Shown here one piece after another: positions 1 to 11,600 of a stretch of 64,000 nt of DNA; position 1 is the first letter of the stretch; each line of letters opens with the position of its first letter. The notes under the pieces were generated by a model that made no database searches, had not been told where the DNA came from, and saw nothing but the letters and a program-made list of their open reading frames with translations. A program made the translations under genes and the position numbers. The DNA is from Eledone cirrhosa (Eukaryota): positions 398,350,001 through 398,414,000 of the forward strand of contig OZ024741.1 of assembly GCA_964016885.1 (NCBI GenBank), in the 5' to 3' direction.

Positions 1-205
1 TGGTACCACAACATCCAGTCCAAATAAATGAGATAATGAGATCGAGATCGTGTAGGTGTCACAACAAAAAAACACACAGTCCACGTTGTAATGTGGCCGT
101 GTAAGTAACACGGTAAAAAGTTCCCAGTCCACACTGTAAATGTGGTTGGTGTTATGAAGAGCATCCAGCCGTAGAAAACCTGCCAGATAGTCCTATATGA
201 GCGAG
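1..205 (+). mobile_element. RTE LINE 3' UTR fragment (family 1), runs off the left edge
   Basis: Colinear with the 3' UTR at 26510-26810 and 60690-60880 (cacacagtccacg..taatgtggccgtg..aaatgtggttggtgtta..gcatccagccgtagaaaacc). Confidence 0.85.
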
Positions 206-224
206 ACACGGTCACCCGACCAAC

Positions 225-296
225 AAAGCGCATAACAGGTCAATACACAAAAAAAACTAAGTACATGTAAACGGAACTTCGTTTCTCTTGATACAT
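225..296 (+). mobile_element. 3' tail fragment of the SINE family seen at 61328-61685
   Basis: cataacaggtcaatacacaaaaaaaaactaagtacatgtaaacggaacttc matches 61620-61672 cataataggtcaatacacaataaaaaaactaaaaacatgtaaacaaaacttc. Confidence 0.6.
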
Positions 297-300
297 ATAT

Positions 301-3039
301 ATCATCATCATCATCATCATCATCAACGTTTAACGTCCGTGTTCCACGCTTGCATGGGTTTGGACGGGGGTAGTCCCACTTGAGGCAAGAGTGATTGTCT
401 TGCTCGCATAGGACTGTCTGGCAGGTTTTCTACAGTTGGATGCCCTTCCTAACACCAACCACATTTACAGTGTGGGTCTGGGAGGTTTTTACCGTGTTGC
501 CTACACGGCCACATTACAGCGTGGACTGTGTGTTTTTTTGTCGTGACACCTACACGATCTCATTTGTTTCGGCCTCGATGGCGCGGCACCAACATAACTT
601 TACATAGAACGGGGTGGTGTGGATGGGGTGGGGGCGGGGGTGGTGGGACGGGGTGTATTTTGTTAGAGATGCCTACTGGCTGGAGTAGGTTTTACTATAT
701 ATTTAGGTAAGGCGGGTCTTCTCTGTTACTGAGTACCGCCAAAGGTCTCGGTCCAGTGACATTGTCTTGGAGAGGTGTAAGTGTGTGATGTCGGAGTTTA
801 TCAGCTCGTCCCAGGTTTTTCTAGGTCTGCCTATTCCGTGACTACCGTCTATCTTTATTGCCCTGCACTTTGTTATACAGCTATCGACTTTCATGCGCAT
901 CACGTGTCCATACCAACGTAGCCTTCTCTCGAGTAAACAACATCTGATCCCTCTTATCTCTAATTTTTTCCTTAGTTCGTTTATGCTTTGCCGTTCACGT
1001 ATATTACTGTTACACATCCAGCGGAGCATGCAAGCTTCGTTCCTCTCTAGTCTGCGTATATCCTCTGCACACAATGCCCAGGTCTCACTGCCATGCAGCA
1101 TTGCTGTTCGTATGCAGGCATCGTACAACCTGCCTTTCATTTTTAGTGAGAACCCTTTAGCAGCTAATAGTGGTATAAGCTCTCTGAACTTTTTCCAACC
1201 AGTTCTGACTCTAGCTACAGTACTTTCAGAGCACCCTCCCCCACTGCTGATTTTATCGCCCAGGTAACGGAAGCTGTCCACTATTTCTATAGAACCCTCT
1301 GCGCAATTGAAAGAGCTAGTAGTTTGTGGGCACTTGCTGCTACTTATTGCACCAGAGCACCGGCCACATGTAAAATCTATGTTCTTAGTTAGCTTACCTG
1401 TGATCCCACTACATCTTTTATGCACCCATACTTTGCATTTAGGACATAAAATGGAGTTTCTACCTACGCCTTTCCTACACACCGAGCACGACCATTTCCC
1501 AGAAGGGACCGCCGCCTTGTTTTCTTTCCTACAAACTAGTACTTTGGTCTTAGCCAGGTTAATTTTAAGTCCTTTTGACTCTAGGCCGTGCTTCCATGTT
1601 TGGAATTTCTTCTCTAGCTCGGCCATTGATTCCGCTATGAGTGTCAGGTCGTCTGCGTATAGGAGTTCCCATGGGCAGCCTGTCTTGAACTCCTCTGTTA
1701 TAGCCTGAAGGGCAATAATAAATAGTAGTGGGCTGAGAACAGAGCCCTGATGGACGCCAACTTTTACGCTAAACTCTTCACTATATTCGTTGTTAATTCT
1801 AACCTTGCTGACTGTTTCTTTATACATGGCTTGTATAGCCCTCACAAGCCATTCGTCAACGCCTAGTTTTCTAAGAGCCCACCAGATAATGGAGCGGGGG
1901 ACTCTGTCGAAGGCTTTCTCCAAGTCGACAAAAGCTAAGTAGAGGGGTTTACCTTTAGCTAGGTACTTCTCCTGTAGTTGTCGTACTATGAAAAGAGCGT
2001 CTGTGGTACTTTTGCCTGACACAAACCCGAACTGCATTTCATCTAGGTCAATTCTCTCTCTGATTAGTTGCGCTATTACTTTTTCCGTGACCTTCATGAC
2101 CTGGTCGATTAATTTAATGCCTCTATAGTTACTCCTATCTAGGGCGTCTCCTTTACCCTTATAACAGTTAACGATGATGCTGCTATGCCAGTCCTTCGGA
2201 ACAACCCCATTCTGTACGACTTGGTTAACTATGCGGGTGACCATGGTGTGTCCCACCGTGCCAGATGCCTTCAGCATCTCAGCAACTATTTCCGAAGGCC
2301 CAGCCGCCTTACCCGTCTTCATATCCTTGATTGCCTTACTTATTATACTCCCCTCGACTAACACTGCTGGTCCCTCTATTGGGTCGATATGGGGGAGACT
2401 GCCTTTCTCCCAATTATTCTCCTCATTTAGTAGCCTTTTTAGTGACACTTCCAAGCTACCTTCTTATCAGCGTCGGTGATGGCAAGTGTGCCATCGTCGT
2501 TTAGTACACACTTCTCCCCGACAATATCACGGTTTTCCTTGACGCATTGCCTAGCAATCATGAACACCTCACGTTTTTGGTCATCGCGTTGTAGAACATG
2601 CTTGAACTTTCTTTCCTCAGCTTCCCTTCTTGCTAAGTACACTTGTCTCCTAGCTTCCCTCCTGGCCACTTGATAGTCCTCTCTACTTCCCCCATCCCGC
2701 CATACTTTCCAAGCCTGCTTTTTGGCCTTAATTGACCCCTCCACCTTACTGTTCCACCACCATGTTACTCTCCTCTTGCCTACAGGCCTGCTCCAGCCAC
2801 AGACTTCGTCTGTCGCCAACAGCAGGTTTGCTTTCAGAAATTCCCACTCTCCCTCTATATTGTCCGACTCTAAATGTTCTTCCTTACTGTCGAAAGCATC
2901 AAGTAATATGCTTTGAAATTTATTCCTGGCTGTGGGGTCCTTTAGCTTCCATATTTTCCTCCTGAGGATAGTCCTCTTCTGTTGTCGAGTACGTCTCGTC
3001 CTGACTATGAGGTCGCTAATTATCAGTCTATGTTGGGAG
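301..3039 (-). mobile_element. 5'-truncated RTE-clade non-LTR retrotransposon (family 1) with (GAT)n tail
   Basis: RT ORF 703-2454 plus upstream frame 2439-3039; ~380-bp 3' UTR ending in (CAT)n at 301-324 on + strand; both ends abut TA-rich sequence. Confidence 0.95.
703..3039 (-). pseudogene. RTE reverse transcriptase, frameshifted near 2440, endonuclease largely missing
   Basis: Motifs KAAGP, NYRGIKL, QFGF, FVDLEKAFDRV, GVHQGSVLSPLLF, LLYADD, FRYLG, RRLRWYGHV, GRPRKTW. At ~2438 agcctttttagtg is 1 nt shorter than agcctttcgtagtg in other copies. Confidence 0.93.
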
Positions 3040-3070
3040 ATATATATATATATATATATATAATATATGT

Positions 3071-5376
3071 CAGTATGGCACCCCTACGACTCCATCAGGA
3101 GTTATAGATTCCATACATACATTATTGCTGCAGATGTAGCTGGCTGTAATTAAATCGAGTTAGAAGGAATCTTCTTAGACTTTTTAAAAAAATTTCAAGC
3201 TTGCAACCAACAATAAAGATAAGAGTGTTTTTATTGTTTCATTGAAGATATCTAATAATACCAAACATTCTACACTACGTAGAAATCAATGGCAACAGAA
3301 CAATCCATAAAGTGCTAGGCTGATGGTACACCCACGTAAATAGGCATTACTTGATGAGCTACAATATACCGAACTGTATTACTTGGTACTAAACTGTATT
3401 ACTTGGTATGGTTGGACATATCTAAACTGTATTACTTGGTGAGCTAGGATATATCTAAACTGTAATACTTGGTACTAAACTGTATTACTTGGTATGGTTC
3501 GACATACCAAAAGTGTAATACTTGGTAAACTAGGACATACCAAAACTGTAATACTTGGTAAACTAGGACATACCAAAACTGTAATACTTCGTACTAAACT
3601 GTAATACTTGGTAAACTAGGACATACCAAAACTGTATTACTTGGTGAGCTAGGACATATCTAAACTGTAATACTTGGTACTAAACTGTATTACTTGGTAT
3701 GGTTGGACATACCAAAACTGTAATACTTGGTAAACTAGGACATACCTAGACTGTAATACTTGGTAAGGTAGGACATACCTAAACTGTATTACTTGGTAAG
3801 CTAGGACATACCTAAACTGTAATACTTGGTAAGGTAGGACATACCTAAACTGTAATACTTGGTAAGGTAGGACATACCTAAACTGTAATACTTGGTAAAC
3901 TAGCACATACCTAAACTGTAATACTTGGTAAGCTAGGACATACCAAAACTGTAATACTTGGTAAGGTAGGACATACCTAAACTGTAATACTTGGTAAGGT
4001 AGGACATACCTAAACTGTAATACTTGGTAAACTAGCACATACCTAAACTGTAATACTTGGTAAGGTAGGACATACCTAAACTGTAATACTTGGTAAGGTA
4101 GGACATACCTAAACTGTAATACTTGGTAAACTAGGAATACCTAAACTGTAATACTTGGTAAGGTAGGACATACCTAGACTGTAATTCTTGGTAAGGTAGG
4201 ACATACTTAAACTGTATTACTTGGTAAGGTAGGACATACCTAGACTGTAATTCTTGGTAAGGTAGGACATACTTAAACTGTATTACTTGGTAAGGTAGGA
4301 CATACCTAGACTGTAATACTTGGTAAGGTAGGACATACTTAAACTGTATTACTTGGTAAGCTAGGACATACCTAAACTGTAATACTTGGTAAACTAGGAA
4401 TACCTAAACTGTAATACTTGGTAAGGTAGGACATACCTAGACTGTAATTCTTGGTAAGGTAGGACATACTTAAACTGTATTACTTGGTAAGCTAGGACAT
4501 ACCTAGACTGTAATACTTGGTAAGGTAGGACATACCTAGACTGTAATACTTGGTAAGGTAGGACATACTTAAACTGTATTACTTGGTAAACTAGGACATA
4601 CCTAAACTGTAATACTTGGTGAACTAGGACATACCTAAACTGTAATACTTGGTGAACTAGGACATACCTAAACTGTAATACTTGGTAAGGTAGGACATAC
4701 CTAGACTGTAATACTTGGTGAACTAGGACATACCAAAACTGTAATACTTGGTGAACTAGGACATACCTAAACTGTAATACTTGGTAAGGTAGGACATACT
4801 TAAACTGTATTACTTGGTAAACTAGGACATACCTAAACTGTAATACTTGGTGAACTAGGACATACCAAAACTGTAATACTTGGTGAACTAGGACATACCT
4901 AGACTGTAATACTTGGTAAGGTAGGACATACTTAAACTGTATTACTTGGTAAACTAGGACATACCTAAACTGTAATACTTGGTGAACTAGGACATACCTA
5001 AACTGTAATACTTGGTAAGGTAGGACATACCTAGACTGTAATACTTGGTGAACTAGGACATACCAAAACTGTAATACTTGGTGAACTAGGACATACCTAA
5101 ACTGTAATACTTGGTAAGCTAGGACATACCTAAACTGTAATACTTGGTGAGCTTTGTGTGCTTACCACGTTAGACATACCAAAACTGTATTAGTCAGTTA
5201 TGTTACTACTATAAATTAGTAGACTATAAGTAGACTATAAAGTATCAATGAAAAGTCTTGATCGATATATTTAGAAACAACAATCACTCTTCTGTAATAA
5301 TAATTATGAACAATTGACAAACATTGTATATTTATGTGTGGACCTATAACTGCAGATGAAGTTGTAGGAGCACCAT
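3071..5376. mobile_element. Putative TIR (MITE-like) element enclosing a minisatellite
   Basis: 3075-3119 aligns to the reverse complement of ~5333-5376 at about 35 of 45 columns (hand alignment); left arm starts CAGT. Confidence 0.5.
3345..5190. repeat. 33-bp minisatellite, ~55 units (CTAAACTGTAATACTTGGTAAGGTAGGACATAC)
   Basis: Direct tandem units; 11-aa periodicity in ORF 3649-4038; a few ~20-bp truncated units near the left end. Confidence 0.97.
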
Positions 5377-5612
5377 TATTCCAGATGGAGTGTAGCGACA
5401 CCATTGTTCCACATGGAGTTGTAGGAACACCATCTGTTGCAGATGAAGTTGTAGGAGCACCATTAGTCCAGATGGAGTGTAGCGACACCATTTGTTCCAG
5501 ATGGAGTTGTAGGGACACCATCTGTTGCAGATGGAGTGTAGCAACACCATTTGTTCCAGATGGAGTTGTAGGGACAGCATTTGTTCCAGATGGAGTTGTC
5601 GGGAGACCATTG
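5345..5612. repeat. ~29-30-bp minisatellite, ~9 units (CAGATGGAGTTGTAGGGACACCATTTGTTC-like)
   Basis: Tandem units visible directly; the unit equals the outer part of the inverted repeat at 3071-3100. Confidence 0.9.
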
Positions 5613-5624
5613 TTCTATATTTGA

Positions 5625-8600
5625 CTTGTATTGGGCATTTTAAACCTGCTGTAGTCTGTATTGGGTAGTTTAAACCTGCTGTAGTCTGTATTAGGTAGTT
5701 TAAACCTGGTGTAGTCTGTATTGGGTAGTTTAAACCTGGTATAGTCTGTATTGGGTAGTTTAAACCTGGTGTAGTCTGTATTAGGTAGTTTAAACCTGGT
5801 GTCGTCTGTATTGGGTATTTTAAACCTGCTGTAGTCTGTATTAGGTAGTTTAAACCTGGTGCTGTCTGTATTGGGTAGTTTAAACCTGGTGTAGTCTGTA
5901 TTAGGTAGTTTAAACCTGCTGTAGTCTGTATTAGGTAGTTTAAACATGGTGCTGTCTGTATTGGGTAGTTTAAACCTGGCGGTGTCTGTATTAGGTAGTT
6001 TAAACCTGGTGTAGTCTGTATTATGTAGTTTAAACCTGGTGTAGTCTGTATTAGGTAGTTTAAACCTGGTGTAGTCTGTACTAGGTAGTTTAAACCTGGT
6101 GTAGTCTGTACTAGGTAGTTTAAACCTGGTGTAGTCTTCATTGCGTAGTTTAAACCTGGTGTAGTCTGTATTAGGTAGTTTAAACATGGTGTAGTCTGTA
6201 TTAAGTAGTTTAAACCTGGTGTAGTCTGTATTAGGTAGTTTAAACCTGGTGTAGTCTGTATTGCGTAGTTTAAACCTGGTGTAGTCTGTATTAGGTAGTT
6301 TAAACCTGGTGTAGTCTGTATTAGGTAGTTTAAACCTGCTGGTGTCTATATTGGGTAGTTTAAACCTGCTGGTGTCTGTATTAGGTAGTTTAAACCTGGT
6401 GTAGTCTGTATTAGGTATTTAAAAGCTAGTGTAGTCTGTATTAGGTAGTTTAAACCTGGTGCGGTCTGTATTTGGTAGTTTAAACCTGGTGCTGTCTGTA
6501 TTGGGTAGTTTAAAACTGGTGTAGTCTGTATTGGGTAGTTTAAAACTGGTGTAGTCTGTATTGGGTAGTTTAAACCTGGTGTAGTCTGTATTATGTAGTT
6601 TAAACCTGGTGTAGTCTGTATTAGGTAGTTTAAACCTGGTGGTGTCTGTATTGTGTAGTTTAAACCTGGTGTAGTCTGTATTAGGTAGTTTAAACCTGGT
6701 GTAGTCTGTATTAGGTATTTAAAATCTAGTGTAGTCTGTATTAGGTAGTTTAAACCTGCTGGTGTCTGTATTTGGTAGTTTAAACCTGCTGGTGTCTGTA
6801 TTTGGTAGTTTAAACCTGGTGTAGTCTGTATTAGGTATATAAATCTAGTGTAGTCTGTATTAGGTAGTTTAAACCTGGTGCTGTCTGTATTAGGTAGTTT
6901 AAACATGGTGGAGTCTGTATTGGGTAGTTTAAACATGGTGGAGTCTGTATTGGGTAGTTTAAACATGGTGGAGTCTGTATTAGGTAGTTTAAACCTGGTG
7001 CTGTCTGTATTGGGTAGTTTAAACATAGTGGAGTCTGTATTAGGTACTTTAAACTTGGTGTAGTCTGTATTAGGTAGTTTAAACCTGGTGCTGTCTGTAT
7101 TGGGTAGTTTAAACATAGTGGAGTCTTTATTAGGTATTTAAAATCTAGTGTAGTCTGTATTAGGTAGTTTAAACCTGGTGCTGTCTGTATTAGGTTGTTT
7201 AAACCTGGTGTAGTCTGTATTAGGTAGTTTAAACCTGGTGTAGTCTGTATTAGGTAGTTTAAACCTGGTGCTGTCTGTATTGGGTAGTTTAAACCTGGTG
7301 TAGTCTGTATTGGGTAGTTTAAACCTGGTGTAGTCTGTATTGGGTAGTTTAAACCTGGTGTAGTCTGTATTAGGTAGTTTAAACCTGGTGTAGTCTGTAT
7401 TAGGTAGTTTAAACCTGGTGTAGTCTGTATTAGGTAGTTTAAACTTGGTGTTGTCTGTATTGGGTAGTTTAAACCTAGTGTAGTCAGTATTAGGTAGTTT
7501 AAACCTGGTGTAGTCTGTATTAGGTAGTTTAAACCTGCTGTAGTCTGTATTAGGTAGTTTAAACCTGCTGTAGTCTGTATTAGGTAGTTTAAACATGGTG
7601 GTATCTGTATTAGGTAGTTTAAACCTGGTGTAGTCTGTATTGGGTAGTTCAAAACCTGGTGTAGTCTGTATTACTTAGTTTAAACCTGGGGTAGTCTGTA
7701 TTAGGTAGTTTAAACCTGCTGTAGTCTGTATTGGGTAGTTTAAACCTGGTGCTGTCTGTATTGGGTAGTTTAAACCTGGAGCCGTCTGTATTGGGTAGTT
7801 TAAACCTGGTGAAGTCTGTATTGGGTAGTTTAAACCTGGTGTAGTCTGTATTAGGTAGTTTAAACGTGGTGCTGTCTGTATTAGGTATTTTAAACCTGGT
7901 GCCGTCTGTATTGGGTAGTTTAAACCTGGTGTAGTCTGTATTAGGTAGTTTAAACCTGGTGCTGTCTGTATTAGGTAGTTTAAACCGGGTGCCGTCTGTA
8001 TTGGGTAGTTTAAACCTGGTGTAGTCTGTATTAGGTAGTTTAAACCTGGTGCTGTCTGTATCAGGTAGTTTAAACCTGGTGCCGTTTGTATTGGGTAGTT
8101 TAAACCTGGTGCCGTCTGTATTGTGTAGTTTAAACCTGGTGTAGTCTGTATTAGGTAGTTTAAACCTGGTGTAGTCTGTATTAGGTATTTAAAATCTAGT
8201 GTAGTCTGTATTAGGTAGTTTAAACCTGGTGCTGTCTGTATTGGGTAGTTTAAACATAGTGGAGTCTGTATTAGGTATTTTAAACTTGGTGTAGTCTGTA
8301 TTGGGTAGTTTAAACATAGTGGAGTCTTTATTAGGTATTTAAAATCTAGTGTAGTCTGTATTAGGTAGTTTAAACCTGGTGCTGTCTGTATTAGGTTGTT
8401 TAAACCTGGTGTAGTCTGTATTAGGTAGTTTAAACCTGGTGTAGTCTGTATTAGGTAGTTTAAACCTTGTGCTGTCTGTATTGGGTAGTTTAAACCTGGT
8501 GTAGTCTGTATTGGGTAGTTTAAACCTGGTGTAGTCTGTATTGGGTAGTTTAAACCTGGTGTAGTCTGTATTAGGTAGTTTAAACCTGGTGTAGTCTGTA

Positions 8601-11600
8601 TTAGGTAGTTTAAACCTGGTGTAGTCTGTATTAGGTAGTTTAAACTTGGTGTTGTCTGTATTGGGTAGTTTAAACCTAGTGTAGTCAGTATTAGGTAGTT
8701 TAAACCTGGTGTAGTCTGTATTAGGTAGTTTAAACCTGCTGTAGTCTGTATTGGGTAGTTTAAACATGGTGGTATCTGTATTAGGTAGTTTAAACCTGGT
8801 GTAGTCTGTATTGGGTAGTTTAAACCTGGTGTAGTCTGTATTACTTAGTTTAAACCTGGGGTAGTCTGTATTAGGTAGTTTAAACCTGGTGTAGTCTGTA
8901 TTGGGTAGTTTAAACCTGGTGCTGTCTGTATTGGGTAGTTTAAACCTGGAGCCGTCTGTATTGGGTAGTTTAAACCTGGTGAAGTCTGTATTGGGTAGTT
9001 TAAACCTGGTGTAGTCTGTATTAGGTAGTTTAAACGTGGTGCTGTCTGTATTAGGTATTTTAAACCTGGTGCCGTCTGTATTGGGTAGTTTAAACCTGGT
9101 TTAGTCTGTATTAGGTAGTTTAAACCTGGTGCTGTCTGTATTAGGTAGTTTAAACCGGGTGCCGTCTGTATTGGGTAGTTTAAACCTGGTGTAGTCTGTA
9201 TTAGGTAGTTTAAACCTGGTGCTGTCTGTATCAGGTAGTTTAAAACTGGTGCCGTTTGTATTGGGTAGTTTAAACCTGGTGCCGTCTGTATTAGGTAGTT
9301 TAAACCTGGTGTAGTCTGTATTAGGTAGTTTAAACCTGGTGGTGTCTGTATTAGGTATTTAAAACCTAGTGTAGTCTGTATTAGGTAGTTTAAACCTGCT
9401 GGTGTCTGTATTTGGTAGTTTAAACCTGCTGGTGTCTGTACTAGGTAGTTTAAACCTGGTGGTGTCTGTATTGGGTAGTTTAAACCTGGTGCTGTCTGTA
9501 TTAGGTAGTTTAAACATGGTGGAGTCTGTACGAGGTAGCTTAAACCTGGTGATGTCTGTATTGGGTATTTAAAACCTAGTGTAGTCTGTATTAGGTATTT
9601 AAAATCTAGTGTAGTCTGTATTAGGTAGTTTAAACCTGGTGGTGTCTGTATTGCGTAGTTTAAACATGGTGGAGTCTGTATTGGGTAGTTTAAACATGGT
9701 GGAGTCTGTATTAGGTATTTTAAACTTGGTGTAGTCTGTATTGGGTAGTTTAAACATGGTGGAGTCTGTATTAGGTATTTAAAACCTAGTGTAGTCTGTA
9801 TTGGGTAGTTTAAACCTGGTGTAGTCTGTATTAGGTAGTTTAAACCTGCTGGTGTCTGTATTGGGTAGTTTAAACCTGGTGGTGTCTGTATTAGGTAGTT
9901 TAAACCTGGTGTAGTCTGTATTAGGCATTTAAAACCTAGTGTAGTCTGTATTAGGTAGTTTAAACCTGGTGCTGTCTGTATTGGGTAGTTTAAACCTGGT
10001 GCTGTCTGTATTAGGTAGTTTAACCCTGGTGTAGTCTGTATTAGGTAGTTTAAACCTGGCGGTGTCTGTATTAGGTAGTTTAAACCTGGTGTAGTCTGTA
10101 TTAGGTAGTTTAAACCTGGCGGTGTCTGTATTAGGTAGTTTAAACCTAGTGGTGTCTGTACTAGGTAGTTTAAACCTGGTGGTGTCTGTATTGGGTAGTT
10201 TAAACATGGTGTAGTCTGTATTGGGTAGTTTAAACCTGGTGTAGTATGTATTGCGTAGTTTAAACCTGGTGTAGTCTGTATTAGGTAGTTTAAACCTGGT
10301 GTAGTCTGTATTAGGTAGTTTAAACCTGCTGGTGTCTGTATTGGGTAGTTTAAACCTGGTGTAGTCTGTATTAGGTATTTAAAACCTAGTGTAGTCTGTA
10401 TTAGGTAGTTTAAACCTGGTGCTGTCTGTATTTGGTAGTTTAAACCTGGTGCTGTCTGTATTGGGTAGTTTAAACCTGGTGTAGTCTGTATTGGGTAGTT
10501 TAAACCTGGTGTTGTCTGTATTATGTAGTTTAAACCTGGTGTAGTCTGTATTAGGTAGTTTAAACCTGGTGGTGTCTGTATTGTGTAGTTTAAACCTGGT
10601 GTAGTCTGTATTAGGTAGATTAAACCTGGTGTTGTCTGTATTAGGTATTTAAAATCTAGTGTAGTCTGTATTAGGTAGTTTAAACCTGCTGGTGTCTGTA
10701 TTTGGTAGTTTAAAACTGCTGGTGTCTGTATTTGGTAGTTTAAACCTGGTGTAGTCTGTATTAGGTATTTAAAATCTAGTGTAGTCTGTATTAGGTAATT
10801 TAAACCTGCTGGTGTCTGTATTTGGTAGTTTAAACCTAGTGGTGTTTGTACTAGGTAGTTTAAACCTGGTGGTGTCTGTATTGGGTAGTTTAAACCTTGT
10901 GCTGTCTGTATTAGGTAGTTTAAACATGGTGGAGTCTGTATTGGGTAGTTTAAACATGGTGGAGTCTGTATTGGGTAGTTTAAACATGGTGGAGTCTGTA
11001 TTATGTAGTTTAAACCTGGTGTAGTCTGTATTAGGTAGTTTAAACCTGGTGTAGTCTGTATTAGGTAGTTTAAACCTGGTGTAGTCTGTATTAGGTATTT
11101 AAAATCTAGTGTAGTATGTATTAGGTAGTTTAAACCTGCTGGTGTCTGTATTTGGTAGTTTAAACCTGCTGGTGTCTGTATTTGGTAGTTTAAACCTGGT
11201 GTAGTCTGTATTAGGTATTTAAAATCTAGTGTAGTCTGTATTAGGTAGTTTAAACCTGCTGGTGTCTGTATTTGGTAGTTTAAACCTAGTGGTGTCTGTA
11301 CTAGGTAGTTTAAACCTGGTGGTGTCTGTATTGGGTAGTTTAAACCTGGTGCTGTCTGTATTAGGTAGTTTAAACATGGTGGAGTCTGTATTGGGTAGTT
11401 TAAACATGGTGGAGTCTGTATTGGGTAGTTTAAACATGGTGGAGTCTGTATTAGGTAGTTTAAACCTGGTGCTGTTCTGTATTGGGTAGTTTAAACATAG
11501 TGGAGTCTGTATTAGGTATTTTAAACTTGGTGTAGTCTGTATTGGGTAGTTTAAATATAGTGGAGTTTTTATTAGGTATTTAAAATCTAGTGTAGTCTGT

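Noticed and set aside
893-2965. Plus-strand ORFs over RTE copies (and equivalents elsewhere)
   Set aside because: Antisense shadows of the RT frame with no recognisable motifs.
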